Positions 8,415 through 18,875 of a stretch of 64,000 nucleotides of DNA are shown here, piece after piece. The position numbers and the translations under genes were made by a program. This DNA is from Nitrospirota bacterium (lineage in GTDB: Bacteria > Nitrospirota > UBA9217), in NCBI GenBank assembly GCA_963840455.1, contig CAWIYV010000010.1:1-64000 (forward strand), in the 5' to 3' direction. A model generated the notes under the pieces. The model saw only the letters and a program-made list of their open reading frames with translations, was not told the origin of the DNA and did no database searches. Position 1 is the stretch's first letter, and each line of letters begins with the position of its first letter.

Positions 8415-9974
8415 CTAGTGCCGGAAGTGCCGCATCTTGGTAAAGATCATGGCGATGCCGTGCTCGTCGGCTGCCTTGATCACGTCCTCGTCCTTGACCG
8501 AACCGCCCGGCTGGATGACTGCTGTGACGCCGGCATTGGCCGCCTCGTCCAGCCCGTCGCGGAAGGGGAAGAAGGCGTCCGATGCGAGCACCGTGCCCCT
8601 GAGCGTTGACTGAGCCTTCATGATTGCGATCCGCACTGAGTCGAGCCTGCTCATCTGACCCGCGCCGATGCCCACGGTCCGGTCCCTCCGGGTGAACACG
8701 ATGGCATTGGATTTCACGTGCTTGCAGACCTTCCAGGCGAAGGCAAGTGCCTGATACTCCTCGTCTGAGGGTATGCGCTTCGTCGCGACCGCGAGCGCCT
8801 TCACGTCGGCGATCCTGCCCAGGTCGCGGTCCTGGTAGATGAGCCCGCCCGTGACCCGCTTCAGGTCCATGCCCTGAGGCGTTCCGGTGATGCTGGAACC
8901 GATGTCGAGGACCCGCAGGTCCTTCTTCTTTTTCAGTTCCGCCAGCGCGTCGGGCGCGAACTCCGGCGCCACCACCACCTCGACGAACGTAGCGGTCAAC
9001 TCCCTTGCCGTTTCCAGGTCCACCATGCGATTGAAGGCGATCACGCCGCCGAAGGCCGACACCGGGTCGCAGTCCCGCGCCCAGCGGTACGCCTCGGCAA
9101 GCGATGACGATACGGCCGCTCCGCAGGGGTTGTTATGCTTGACGATGACCGCGGCGGTCTCGGTATATTCCTTGGCAAGTTCGAGGGCGCTGTTCGCGTC
9201 GAGATAGTTGTTGAAGGACATCTCCTTGCCCTGGAGCTGCTTCGCGTGGGCGACGCAGGGCTCCCTGACGCCGAACTCGCGGTAGAAGGCGCCCTCCTGG
9301 TGCGGGTTCTCCCCGTAGCGCAGGTTCTGGACCTTCTCGAACTGGAGCGTCAGGATGTTGGGGAAGCGCGTCTTCTCATCGTCCGGGACCTGGTTGTTGA
9401 GCCACGCCGAGATGGCGCTGTCGTAGCGCGCCGTGTGCAGGAACACCGTGCGGCAGAGCTCGAAACGCGTCTTGAGGGAGACCTCGCCGGTCCTCTGGAT
9501 CTCGTCCAGCACCCTCCCGTAGTCCCGGGGCGAGCAGACCACGGCCACGTCGGTGTAGTTCTTGGCAGCCGAGCGAAGCATGGTCGGGCCGCCGATGTCA
9601 ATGTTCTCGATGGCGTCCTCGAGCGTGCAGCCCGGCTTGGCCACGGTCTGCTCGAAGGGATAGAGGTTCACGACCACGAGGTCGATGGGCTCGATGCCGT
9701 GCTGCTTCATCTGCTTCACATGCTCGGGGTTGCCGCGCCTGCCCAGCAGGCCGCCGTGCACCTTGGGGTGGAGCGTTTTCACCCGTCCGTCGAGCATCTC
9801 CGGAAAGCCGGTGAACTCCGATACGTCCTTCACGCGCACGCCGCCGTCCCTGAGGAGCTTGGCCGTGCCGCCGGTGGAGAGGATCTCGATGTTCAGCTTA
9901 TCGAGCGCCTTGGCAAGGTCCAGCACACCTTCCTTGTGGGATACACTGATGAGCGCGCGCGTCACTTTGGCCAC
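8415..9974 (-). CDS. purH: Bifunctional AICAR transformylase/IMP cyclohydrolase
   Basis: [38 protein letters not shown]-terminal RHFRH; GTG 9974 after GGAGG. Confidence 0.97.
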   Translation of the reverse strand: MAKVTRALISVSHKEGVLDLAKALDKLNIEILSTGGTAKLLRDGGVRVKDVSEFTGFPEMLDGRVKTLHPKVHGGLLGRRGNPEHVKQMKQHGIEPIDLVVVNLYPFEQTVAKPGCTLEDAIENIDIGGPTMLRSAAKNYTDVAVVCSPRDYGRVLDEIQRTGEVSLKTRFELCRTVFLHTARYDSAISAWLNNQVPDDEKTRFPNILTLQFEKVQNLRYGENPHQEGAFYREFGVREPCVAHAKQLQGKEMSFNNYLDANSALELAKEYTETAAVIVKHNNPCGAAVSSSLAEAYRWARDCDPVSAFGGVIAFNRMVDLETARELTATFVEVVVAPEFAPDALAELKKKKDLRVLDIGSSITGTPQGMDLKRVTGGLIYQDRDLGRIADVKALAVATKRIPSDEEYQALAFAWKVCKHVKSNAIVFTRRDRTVGIGAGQMSRLDSVRIAIMKAQSTLRGTVLASDAFFPFRDGLDEAANAGVTAVIQPGGSVKDEDVIKAADEHGIAMIFTKMRHFRH

Positions 9975-10018
9975 GATTGATGCCTCCGGAATGGGGATGT
10001 GAACTGCAAGCGTCACAA

Positions 10019-10048
10019 ATTGTAACCCGAAAGCAGGAGGAAAGTCAA
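10019..10048 (-). promoter_or_regulatory. Putative sigma70 promoter of purH
   Basis: TTGACT-N18-TACAAT on minus strand. Confidence 0.55.
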
Positions 10049-10181
10049 TTTGTTATGAGAATACATTTGCTATGAGAATACTTGGCTGGCGTGAAGGTGA
10101 AGAGGCAGCACCTGTTTTCCGCAAGAACTCTTAGGACGCAAAGAAATGCAGTGTCCTATCTAAACATTATTGTTAACCTCT

Positions 10182-10286
10182 TTTGCCACCGAGAACGTGG
10201 CCACAGGCAGAAGGCGTAGAGACAGGCCAGCATAATCAGTGTTTTTGAAATCTTTTCTCGTGGTGCTCGGAGGCCTCTGTGGCAAA
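10182..10286. repeat. Degenerate inverted element
   Basis: tttgccaccgag ... ctctgtggcaaa terminal inverted arms. Confidence 0.55.
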
Positions 10287-10350
10287 GCGGGTAATGCTCG
10301 TGTTAAGCAGCTTATTCCATGATCCTCACACCAGATGGCTCGAAGGTCCT

Positions 10351-11241
10351 TTAGGAGAACTTCCCGATGACCGTCAGTGCGGCAGCGACCACTTCGATAG
10401 TGAGTGATCTTCCGTTGCCGTCAAAGATCTCGCCGTCCACATGGACCGGGATGGCATGGCTGCTTTCGACCAGGAGCTTCGTCGTTCTCGTCAGCCGTGC
10501 ATATTTTGTCACCTTGTCGATGGTGCCAAGGAAGACCTTTGGCAGGTGCCACAGCAGGTTCGGAATGCTCAGCGGCTTCACGATCGTAACGTCGAGCAGC
10601 CCGTCGTCCACCTTTGCGTGGGGCGTGAGCCTGAATCCGCCGCCGCAGGTCGTCCCGTTGCCGATGGTGAGCAGGAATATGTCCTGTTCGATGATCTCGC
10701 CGTTCATCATGATCCTTACCGGAACAGGACCGAATCTGCCGAGTGTTCTCACCAGGGCGCATATATAGAGCCACAATCCCTGCCTGGAATGCTTGATCTC
10801 ATAGCTCGCGCGGTTCACCGCTGCGTCAAAGCCGATGCCAACGCCGTTGGCAAAATACGTATCATTGATCTTCCCGGCGTCGATGACCCGCGCCTCGCCC
10901 CGCAGCACGATGGCAACGGCCGCTTCGATGTTGTTCGGAATACCCAGGGATTTGATGAAGTCGTTGCCCGAACCGGAGGGGATGATGCCGAGAGGCTTCG
11001 GGGAATAGAGCATGCCCGGCACGATCTCGTTCACCGTGCCGTCGCCGCCGATTGCCACGATCACATCGAATTCGCTGAGAGCATTTTTCGCGATCTCCGC
11101 GGCCTGCTTCGGCGCCTTGGTCAGTTCAAGGTCGAACTCGACGCCCCTGGCCTTGAAGAGCTCAACGACCTGCAGGACCGCGGCGCTCGCCTTGCCCCGC
11201 CCCGCGGCCGGGTTCGCAATGAGCTTGTATTTTTTCGCCAC
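10351..11241 (-). CDS. Diacylglycerol/lipid kinase family (YegS/DagK-like)
   Basis: NPAAG, GGDGTVNE, PSGSGNDF, GIGFDA, HVDGE. Confidence 0.92.
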   Translation of the reverse strand: MAKKYKLIANPAAGRGKASAAVLQVVELFKARGVEFDLELTKAPKQAAEIAKNALSEFDVIVAIGGDGTVNEIVPGMLYSPKPLGIIPSGSGNDFIKSLGIPNNIEAAVAIVLRGEARVIDAGKINDTYFANGVGIGFDAAVNRASYEIKHSRQGLWLYICALVRTLGRFGPVPVRIMMNGEIIEQDIFLLTIGNGTTCGGGFRLTPHAKVDDGLLDVTIVKPLSIPNLLWHLPKVFLGTIDKVTKYARLTRTTKLLVESSHAIPVHVDGEIFDGNGRSLTIEVVAAALTVIGKFS

Positions 11242-11284
11242 GATGCCTTTCACGAAGGTGAGGATACGGAAGATGGCTGCATGA

Positions 11285-11740
11285 CTACTTCCTTGATCGT
11301 TGTAACGCGGTTCCCAGCAATGCCACGATCATCAAATTGACGATGAATATCGTGAGCTTAATTGCTGTCACCCCGCGAACGAGCTCATATATTTCAACAG
11401 GGATGTACATGCCTCCCGTAAGAAAACCGAACCATTCAGCCCACTGCCGATGATACCACAGCCCATAGGCTTCAACGAAACGGACCACGGCATACAGGAA
11501 TGCGGACAGAGCGAGCGCCAAAAGTTGAGGATCGGTGATGTGATCGATGACATCGATAAATATCGTTGGATAATGTCTGGCTGGATTTAGATGGAGGTGG
11601 CGAACGATTTGTTCTGAAACCACGTGAAGATCTTTGTGGACGAACAACAGCAGGCCAAATCCTGTGATGAGGACGATCAGTCCTTTTGCGGCTTCAAATA
11701 CCGCTGCGATGCGAATATACTCTTCTGAAGTCTTCGTCAT
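11285..11740 (-). CDS. DUF2127-like membrane protein
   Basis: IAAVFEAAKG, EAYGLW...WAEW, YIPVEIYE; several TM helices; lower GC than neighbours. Confidence 0.8.
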   Translation of the reverse strand: MTKTSEEYIRIAAVFEAAKGLIVLITGFGLLLFVHKDLHVVSEQIVRHLHLNPARHYPTIFIDVIDHITDPQLLALALSAFLYAVVRFVEAYGLWYHRQWAEWFGFLTGGMYIPVEIYELVRGVTAIKLTIFIVNLMIVALLGTALQRSRK

Positions 11741-11899
11741 AGTGTTCTTTTCATGACCCCCGGGGAGAGACGACCCTCTCCTGCATCGATGCTTGCTTCA
11801 GCCTGTTATGGGCGACCATCCCCGCCGTCTTCCCCAGCACCGCTTCAAAAATGCGGTCTGGGCATTTCCCTCTATTTTACCGGAAAGCGTAATCCGTCA

Positions 11900-14446
11900 T
11901 CATTCTGCAAAACGGCGAAAGAACCACTGCTTGATCCCTTCCACTGCAAAGAGATAGAAAAACACCAGGCCGGTCAGGATCGCATAGAATGATAATGGCG
12001 GCGGCACAAATCCGAAGTATCTGCCGAGAGGCGTGAACGGAAGCGCCGCTGCAAGGGATACGATCAAAAGAGAACAGAGCGTAAGCCACCTGTTCGGACG
12101 GCTTTTAAATGGATTACGGCGGGTGCGGATGATGAAAATGACGAGCACCTGCGTTGCCATGGACTCGATGAACCAGCCGGTATGAAAAAGCTTCTCTCCG
12201 GCATGGAACACGTGCAGCATGATGTAAAAGGTGAGGAAGTCGAAGAGAGAGCTTACCGGCCCCACGGAGAGCATGAAGTTGCGGATGAACTTCATGTTCC
12301 AGTGCCGGGGATGGGTGAGATACTCTTCATCGACGCTGTCAAGCGGGATGGGGATCTCGGAAACATCGTAGAGAAGGTTGTTCAGCAGGATCTGGACCGG
12401 CAGCATGGGGAGAAAGGGCAGGAAGAGGGTCGCTCCGGCCATGCTGAACATATTCCCGAAATTGGAGCTCGTTCCCATCATGATATATTTCATGATGTTG
12501 CCGAAGGTGCGCCGGCCTTCCATGACCCCTTCGTAGAGGACGTTCAGGTCCTGCTCCAGCAGGATCATCTCCGCCGCACTTTTTGCCACGTCCACGGCGC
12601 TGTCCACGGAAATGCCGATGTCGGCTGAATGGAGCGAGGGCGCATCATTGATCCCGTCGCCCAAATACCCGACCACCCTTCCGCGCTGCTTTAACGCAAG
12701 GATGACCCGGTTCTTCTGTGCAGGATTGACCCGGCAGAAGAGATTTACATTCTCTACGACAGCCGAGAGCGCGTGGTCATCCATGACCTGCATCTCCGCA
12801 CCGGTCAAGATGCCGGTTATGGGCAGGCCAAGCTTCTCGCAGATATGCCGGGTTACCAGCTCATTGTCGCCGGTCACGACCTTGACTGCCACCCCTGCGC
12901 GGGAGAGCTCGGCCAATGCCGCTTGAGCGCTCTCCTTCGGCGGATCGAGAAAAGCGGCGAACCCGGCAAAGACCAGAGCTGTCTCATCATCGATCACGGC
13001 ATGATGTTCCGTTGCCTCCACCTGTTTCCAGGCAACGCCGAGCACGCGGAAGCCGTCACGGGCGAACGTTTCCGAGAGTGCCTGTATCCTGGCAAGACCG
13101 GCTTCGTCCAGGTCTTTAAGATCTGTCTCCCCGTTTTCCTCATAATGGGTCGAGAGCCGCAGGATGTCCTCGGGAGCGCCTTTTACGATGAGGAGCTTCT
13201 TCTGCCCGTTGTCAACGATCACCGAAACCCGGCGCCGCTCAAAATCGAAAGGGACCTCGTCGATCTTTCTCCAGGCTGCTGTCCCGATCTCCTGGTGATC
13301 AAGAATGGCGTCATCCATCGGGCTCCGGAGCCCCGATTCGAAAAAGCTGTTCAGGTACGCCAGCTCAAGAACGCGGCTGCTGTCCCGGCCAAGAGCGTCC
13401 ATATGGCGCTCCAGATGGATGCGGGCTTCGGTGAGCGTGCCGGTCTTGTCCGTACACAGCACATCCATGCTCCCCAGGTTGTGGATGGATTCGAGCCTTT
13501 TGACGATGACCTTTTTCTTTGCCATGCGCATGGCGCCCCGTGCCAGGGTCACGGAAACGATCATGGGCAGGAGCTCGGGCGTGAGCCCCACGGCAAGGGC
13601 CACGGCAAACAGGAAGGATTCGAGCCAGGGCCGGTGAAAGAAGGCATTGGCCAGGACGACGAAGAGGACCAGCAGGATCGTGAACCGCATGATCAGCAGT
13701 CCGAAGCGCTGCGTGCCCTGTTCAAACGACGTGGGAGGCGCCTTGGTGGTGAGCGTGTCCGAGATCTCGCCCAGCGCGGTGTTCGGCCCGGTCCGGCAGA
13801 TGAGCACCGTGGCAGAGCCGCTCACCACTGACGTGCCCATGAACACGGCGTTCACTGCATCGGCCATATCCTCCCCCGCGTCGGGCAGTTCGCGCGGGAT
13901 CTTTTCAACCGGGTAGGGTTCTCCGGTCAGGAGCGCCTGCTTCACAAAGAAATCCTGCGCCGTCAGCACCCGTCCGTCACCCGGGATGAGATCGCCTGCA
14001 GAAAGAAGGACCACATCGCCGGGCGCCAGCGTTGCCGCGGGAATTTCAATGCGCTTTCCGTCGCGCAGCGCCTGGACACGGATGGCCACTGACTGGCGAA
14101 GCCCTTCCGCTGCCCTGCCCGCACGGTGCTCCTGGATGAAATCCAGGGTCACGCTCATGACCACGATGGAGCTGATGATCAGGAAGCTGGTCACATCTCC
14201 GGTGAACGCGGATACCGCACTGGCGCACAGGAGGATGATGACGAGGGGATTTTTAAATCGGGAAAGAAATTGAATGAAAAGCGCTCGCTTCTTCGGCGGC
14301 CGCAGCATGTTGGGGCCGACCTGCTTCAGCCGGTCAGCCGCTTCGCTGCTCGAGAGGCCGGAAGGGGCCGCGTTCAGCTGCTTCAGGAGATCGGGAAGGG
14401 ATTGCCGCCAGAAGACTGCTTTCCCGCCGGATGGAGGAGCGGTCAT
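11900..14446 (-). CDS. mgtA: Magnesium-translocating P-type ATPase
   Basis: TGEPYP, AVGLTPELLP, DKTGTLT, PFDFERRR, GDGINDAP, SSNFGNMFS. Confidence 0.93.
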   Translation of the reverse strand: MTAPPSGGKAVFWRQSLPDLLKQLNAAPSGLSSSEAADRLKQVGPNMLRPPKKRALFIQFLSRFKNPLVIILLCASAVSAFTGDVTSFLIISSIVVMSVTLDFIQEHRAGRAAEGLRQSVAIRVQALRDGKRIEIPAATLAPGDVVLLSAGDLIPGDGRVLTAQDFFVKQALLTGEPYPVEKIPRELPDAGEDMADAVNAVFMGTSVVSGSATVLICRTGPNTALGEISDTLTTKAPPTSFEQGTQRFGLLIMRFTILLVLFVVLANAFFHRPWLESFLFAVALAVGLTPELLPMIVSVTLARGAMRMAKKKVIVKRLESIHNLGSMDVLCTDKTGTLTEARIHLERHMDALGRDSSRVLELAYLNSFFESGLRSPMDDAILDHQEIGTAAWRKIDEVPFDFERRRVSVIVDNGQKKLLIVKGAPEDILRLSTHYEENGETDLKDLDEAGLARIQALSETFARDGFRVLGVAWKQVEATEHHAVIDDETALVFAGFAAFLDPPKESAQAALAELSRAGVAVKVVTGDNELVTRHICEKLGLPITGILTGAEMQVMDDHALSAVVENVNLFCRVNPAQKNRVILALKQRGRVVGYLGDGINDAPSLHSADIGISVDSAVDVAKSAAEMILLEQDLNVLYEGVMEGRRTFGNIMKYIMMGTSSNFGNMFSMAGATLFLPFLPMLPVQILLNNLLYDVSEIPIPLDSVDEEYLTHPRHWNMKFIRNFMLSVGPVSSLFDFLTFYIMLHVFHAGEKLFHTGWFIESMATQVLVIFIIRTRRNPFKSRPNRWLTLCSLLIVSLAAALPFTPLGRYFGFVPPPLSFYAILTGLVFFYLFAVEGIKQWFFRRFAE

Positions 14447-14789
14447 GCTTTCCTTTCAACGCTCAGCGATCGCAAGCCTGCACACGCGGCCTCCGTGCAT
14501 AGCTGCAACGCTCAGGAAGAACTGTTCACCAGCACGATTTATAGCATATAGGAAATTCACATCAAGATAAAGAGAGAAAAGATGCAGCACAAGGAAGGCA
14601 AGCGTTTCTTCATTTTGCGGCAGGACGGATCATCGGAAGAGCTTCTTTGCTCCCTGCAACGTCAGGAACGGAATGACCGCCTTCCATTCCGGTGAGAAAC
14701 CGTCCCGGGTGATGATGCCGACGGGCGGATCGCGCGGCTTTACTGCAGCACGGGACAGCTGCCGGACCGGTGCGCTCGTTCCAGCATCA

Positions 14790-15698
14790 TCAGAACCGCA
14801 TGGTCAGCCCGACCATGTTCCTGCCGCTGCCGTCATGGAAGTATGCGACCCCGTACCGGCCTTGCAGGCCGTCCATGAACTGCCGTTCCGACCTGCGGTT
14901 GTACTTGTACGCGCCGCCCACGGCATTGTAGATGTTCCCCAGGTACCAGCCCGCTTCGAAGAAGAGCAGGATGCCGCCCGTCACCTTGTTGTCGTTGTGG
15001 AAGGCCTCGACCGTCGCCCAGATGAAGGCGCCATTCAGCAGGAACGAGACCAGTGCGTCGCCGGGCCGCTCGACATAGAGCTGGCCTGCACCGGGCAGGA
15101 CCGCGGACAGGCCGCCTGCCAGCCATGGCGACTTCTTCGGGATGTCGGGATAGGCTGCGGACCCTTCTGCGAGCCCCTCTGCCTGGGCACGGAGCGGTGA
15201 ATCAGGCGGCAGTTTCTGGAACTCGTCGGAAGCCTGGCGCCATCTGCCCTGCCTGAGGTATGACCAGCCCAGCTTGATGCGCGCCGCATCGACGCGCTCG
15301 TCCCCGGGATAGCGCTCGATGTACGACGAGAACACGTCCGCTGCCCGGTCGTACTCCCGCTTCTGCAGATAAGCTTCACCAAGCATGAAATAGGCCCGCC
15401 TGCCGAGTGTCTCGTCGGGCAGGTCCCGGTTGATGGCCCGGAACCGCTCGATCGCCTGGTCGAGACGGTCGCCCTTCAGGTATGCAGAGGCAATCTGGAA
15501 CCGCGCTGTCCGTGCGAGCGGATGGTCCGGATAGAAGAAGATCACCCGCTCGTACTCGGTGATGGCCCGGTAGTAATCCCCCTGCTCGAAGAGGTGGTCG
15601 GCAAAGGAGAGCATCTTTTCAGCCGGCATTTCTTCGGCAAGGGCGGCGTGACCGAAGAGGAGCATGACAAAGATCAGAAGGATGCCATACGGTCTCAT
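14790..15698 (-). CDS. Secreted TPR (BamD-like) protein with C-terminal TM2-like membrane domain
   Basis: Signal peptide, TPRs (GDYYRAITEYER), KSPWLAGGLSAVLPGAGQLY; ATGA overlap with upstream gene. Confidence 0.8.
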   Translation of the reverse strand: MRPYGILLIFVMLLFGHAALAEEMPAEKMLSFADHLFEQGDYYRAITEYERVIFFYPDHPLARTARFQIASAYLKGDRLDQAIERFRAINRDLPDETLGRRAYFMLGEAYLQKREYDRAADVFSSYIERYPGDERVDAARIKLGWSYLRQGRWRQASDEFQKLPPDSPLRAQAEGLAEGSAAYPDIPKKSPWLAGGLSAVLPGAGQLYVERPGDALVSFLLNGAFIWATVEAFHNDNKVTGGILLFFEAGWYLGNIYNAVGGAYKYNRRSERQFMDGLQGRYGVAYFHDGSGRNMVGLTMRF

Positions 15699-16051
15699 TC
15701 GGCATACCACCAGAAGTCGTTGTTCTGCACAGGATCCTCGAAGCGGTACCGGCTGCCGATCTTGACGAGCGGCGCGTAGTTCTGCTCGTCGAGCTCATGG
15801 ATGAAGCGGTCCACGGTCATGATGATGCCGACGGCCGGACCGTGCCTCCGGATCGCCTGGGCGCTGTACTGGGAGCAGGTGGGATACATGGGGCACCGGC
15901 CGCTGTTCACCTGACCGACGGTCTTCTGGTAGAACGAGATGAGCCAGAGGAACGGCGTTGAGGAAACGGACTGGACAGGCTGTTCAGCCGGACCGGATGG
16001 CGCGGTCCTGTGGTCGGCCTTCATGACCATGACCGGTGCGTCATCGCTCAC
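15695..16051 (-). CDS. YidD-like membrane protein insertion efficiency factor (5' end probably frameshifted, candidate ATG 16124)
   Basis: ISFYQK, CPMYPTCSQY, AIRRHGP. Confidence 0.8.
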   Translation of the reverse strand: MSDDAPVMVMKADHRTAPSGPAEQPVQSVSSTPFLWLISFYQKTVGQVNSGRCPMYPTCSQYSAQAIRRHGPAVGIIMTVDRFIHELDEQNYAPLVKIGSRYRFEDPVQNNDFWWYAE

Positions 16052-16158
16052 CGACCAGGGCCCACAGGGGCCTTCGCATGACGCACTCAGTGGCAGAGAA
16101 CGGGGAAAGAAAAGATAGCCTCATGCACATATCCATGATCCCGAGGGTCTCTCATGCG

Positions 16159-16192
16159 GTCATTCCCGCAGTGCTTCTGAGCGGGAATCCAG
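16159..16192. repeat. REP-like palindrome ATTCCCGC...GCGGGAAT
   Basis: gtcattcccgcagtgcttctgagcgggaatccag, followed by hairpin ccccgat-agaaca-atcgggg near 16207-16226. Confidence 0.55.
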
Positions 16193-16259
16193 TTTTAACA
16201 CCATATCCCCGATAGAACAATCGGGGTGGCAGGCGATTCATTCCTGAGCACGACGAGAG

Positions 16260-16862
16260 TTACTGCTTCAACATTCCCGTCTTCTCGCCGATCTCCTTGG
16301 CCACATAGTCCGCCGTGTCCTTGACGGCGTCCGTCTTTTCCTTGGCGTCCGGCGCCGGCACGAGGCAGCAGTCGGTCCTGCCGGCCACGGAGTTGAACCT
16401 GCCGTTGCCGACCTCCTTGCCGTTCTCGAACATCTGGCCGATGACGTTCAGCGAGTGGATCTTCCGGTTATAGACCGTCTCCGACGGCGTCCAGAGCACG
16501 TAGAGATAGTCGACGCCAAGCTGCTGCTGGATGGCCCGGACCTTCTTCATGTCGGTCTTGGTGTAGTCCACTTCGATCTCGAAGTAGGCGCTCTTCCACG
16601 GCCCCTGGATGTTGGTCGGGTAGTTCGCCAGGCTCTGCTTGACCTGCTTGTACGGCATGACCTGGAAGCGGGTGTTCTTCTTCAGCGATTCCGACATCAC
16701 CTGGGCCAGAAGCACGTTCGGCTCGTTGTCCAGGCCCGCGATCACCGCCAGGGACTTCGGCTTGAACTTCACATCGCTGCTCACGGGATTGAACGCACTG
16801 ACGCAGCCCGCGATGACCGAGGACAGGATGACCAGCAGGACCCCTGTGCGTGTATGCCTCAT
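16260..16862 (-). CDS. Hypothetical lipoprotein (paralog of upstream gene)
   Basis: Lipobox IAGC; SLAVIAG, FQV, DYLYVLWT, DCCL. Confidence 0.8.
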   Translation of the reverse strand: MRHTRTGVLLVILSSVIAGCVSAFNPVSSDVKFKPKSLAVIAGLDNEPNVLLAQVMSESLKKNTRFQVMPYKQVKQSLANYPTNIQGPWKSAYFEIEVDYTKTDMKKVRAIQQQLGVDYLYVLWTPSETVYNRKIHSLNVIGQMFENGKEVGNGRFNSVAGRTDCCLVPAPDAKEKTDAVKDTADYVAKEIGEKTGMLKQ

Positions 16863-16886
16863 TCGTCGCCTCCCCGGCCGCGGCCG

Positions 16887-17597
16887 CTACTTCCCCGGCT
16901 TCGACGCCTTGGCCGCGGCGATGAAGTCATCCGCCATCGACCTTGCTGCGCCTTTGAGCATCTCGTTGATGTCGTCGCCTTCCGACTTCCCGGAGAGGCA
17001 GCATGACTTGCCCTCGTTCCTGGCGAAGTTGGTGAACCCGATGGCCCGGCTCTTGGGATATTCGACCACGTTGCCGTACACATCGATGGTGTAGGTGACC
17101 GAACTGCCGCCCTGGCCTGTCCGGGTGATCCTCCCCATGTTATCGGTCCAGACCACGAAGACATAGTCGGTCTTGAGCTGCGCCTGCATGGCATCGACCT
17201 TGGCCTTCTCCCCCTTGGCGAGCCAGACCGGCTTGTCCGGGTTCTCTGGCTGCCCCCGCTTGATCGTGACCGGGTATTTCCCCACCCTTCGCGCCACTTC
17301 TTCCTGGCTCAGGACCTTGAAAGTGCTGCGCTCCTTCAGTTCCCGGGTCAGGTTGTCCGCCAGCCGCACCGCCAGTTCGGATGTGTCAGCGCTGATCACC
17401 GCGATGGAGCCGCTCTTGATCGTCGTTTTGTCATCAAAGAGGTCGAAGGGATGGGGTGTACCGCAGCAGCCGGACAGCACTGTCGTCAGGACCGCTGCAG
17501 CAAGGATAAGCTTTGCATAGCCTGCAGAGAATAGCGCTGTTCTTATCACACCCGGTCTCTCCTTCCCGCGATCCACTTGATACGCGGCTGTCAACAA
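16887..17597 (-). CDS. Hypothetical lipoprotein (start uncertain, possibly GTG ~17552)
   Basis: Lipobox LSGC; SIAVISA, FKV, DYVFVVWT, SCCL. Confidence 0.75.
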   Translation of the reverse strand: MLTAAYQVDRGKERPGVIRTALFSAGYAKLILAAAVLTTVLSGCCGTPHPFDLFDDKTTIKSGSIAVISADTSELAVRLADNLTRELKERSTFKVLSQEEVARRVGKYPVTIKRGQPENPDKPVWLAKGEKAKVDAMQAQLKTDYVFVVWTDNMGRITRTGQGGSSVTYTIDVYGNVVEYPKSRAIGFTNFARNEGKSCCLSGKSEGDDINEMLKGAARSMADDFIAAAKASKPGK

Positions 17598-17696
17598 TCA
17601 GTCAGATAAACTGATAAACGGATAAAGTATAGTGAAAAAGGCAGTAAGAATAAAGAAAAAAGCATGGCTTGGCAGAACGATCGTCCTTCGGACCGC

Positions 17697-18836
17697 TCAG
17701 GGCTTCATCCTGAGCGCTGCCTTCGCCATGACCAGCAGCTGCCCGGCGGTTCCCTTCTTGTTGGCCATGATCTCTTCGCTGAGGGCCTCAGCGTCCTTCG
17801 GAGGGATGGCCCCGGCATCCTTCTGCTTAAGCTGCATCGCACCGGACGGACAGGTCGGTATGCAGAGTCCGCAGCCGATGCATCTGCCCGGGTCGATCTT
17901 CGCCGAACCCCCGGGACCGGTCAGGCCCACCGCGCCCACCTGGCAGCGCGAGACACAGGCGCCGCAGTGTACGCATGATGCTGCATTCACTTCTGCATGA
18001 TAGCTGGTGGACCAGAAGTCCACGGGCCGTGGCAGGTGTTTCTGGTACGAGAGCATGCCGCAGCAGCATCCGCAGCAGGAGCAGATGAACTCCGGATTCC
18101 GTGTGTTTGCGGGCTGCAGCACAAGGCCATCTTCCTCGTTTCGAGCGAGGATTGTGAGCACTTCGTCGCGGGTCACTTCGCGTCCGTGTTTCCGGCGGAG
18201 CACCATGGCGGCCATGTCGCCGAAGGCGAGGCAGGTCTCTTCGCGGGAGGTCTTCGTGCAGGGCTTGTCCTTCATGGCCTTGCTCTTCCGGCAGATGCAG
18301 GGAAGCACGACGAACGGACCGGGTGAGCTCTGGACGATTGAGCGGACATGGTCGTACGTAGCCACGTGGTGCTCGACAGGAATGCTCCTGTTGATGGGAA
18401 TGGTCCGCATCTGGGATGGCTTGACCGAAACAAAGGACTTCCCGAAGCTGAGGACATTGCTGAAATAGGCGTCCGCGTCCGCCAGGAATTCCGGCGATGG
18501 ATCGCCGTCCTGGCATTCATACATGCCGATCACGAGCGGCAGGACGAACCAGTGGTCCGCCCCGTCCTTCTTCTTCCAGCCGATGGCGCCTTTCGTAAAC
18601 ATGCTGTCGAGGAGGCTTGCGGCCCGTGCCGGGGAAAAATCGGCTGCGGCACGTTCCCTGATCTGCTCCGTGGAGGACGGCTTGCCGGTAAGGTGCAAGG
18701 CAAGCTTCGCTTCGTCGGGAGTGAAGAGACGTTTGAGCAGGCGGATATCGGCGCCCGACCAGGTCGATGGAAACCCCATCGTCTGTTTATCGAGATGCTG
18801 CTGGAGAATGCGGCAGATGCCGTTTTCAGAGCTCAT
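17697..18836 (-). CDS. 4Fe-4S ferredoxin-domain protein with N-terminal helical domain
   Basis: PCICR, ICSCCGCCC, CVHCGACVSRC, CIGCGLCIPTCP. Confidence 0.88.
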   Translation of the reverse strand: MSSENGICRILQQHLDKQTMGFPSTWSGADIRLLKRLFTPDEAKLALHLTGKPSSTEQIRERAAADFSPARAASLLDSMFTKGAIGWKKKDGADHWFVLPLVIGMYECQDGDPSPEFLADADAYFSNVLSFGKSFVSVKPSQMRTIPINRSIPVEHHVATYDHVRSIVQSSPGPFVVLPCICRKSKAMKDKPCTKTSREETCLAFGDMAAMVLRRKHGREVTRDEVLTILARNEEDGLVLQPANTRNPEFICSCCGCCCGMLSYQKHLPRPVDFWSTSYHAEVNAASCVHCGACVSRCQVGAVGLTGPGGSAKIDPGRCIGCGLCIPTCPSGAMQLKQKDAGAIPPKDAEALSEEIMANKKGTAGQLLVMAKAALRMKP

Positions 18837-18875
18837 GGGAGCGGTCCTTCTGCAAAAAGAAAATGATCACGATGC

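Noticed and set aside
10084-10125. ZTP-riboswitch-like words (CTGGCG...AGGTG...CACC) near purH
   Set aside because: On the wrong strand for purH and lacking the 3' pseudoknot element.
14447-14790. Mg-sensing riboswitch or leader peptide upstream of mgtA
   Set aside because: No M-box consensus or convincing Pro-rich leader recognised; only a short possible gene remnant.
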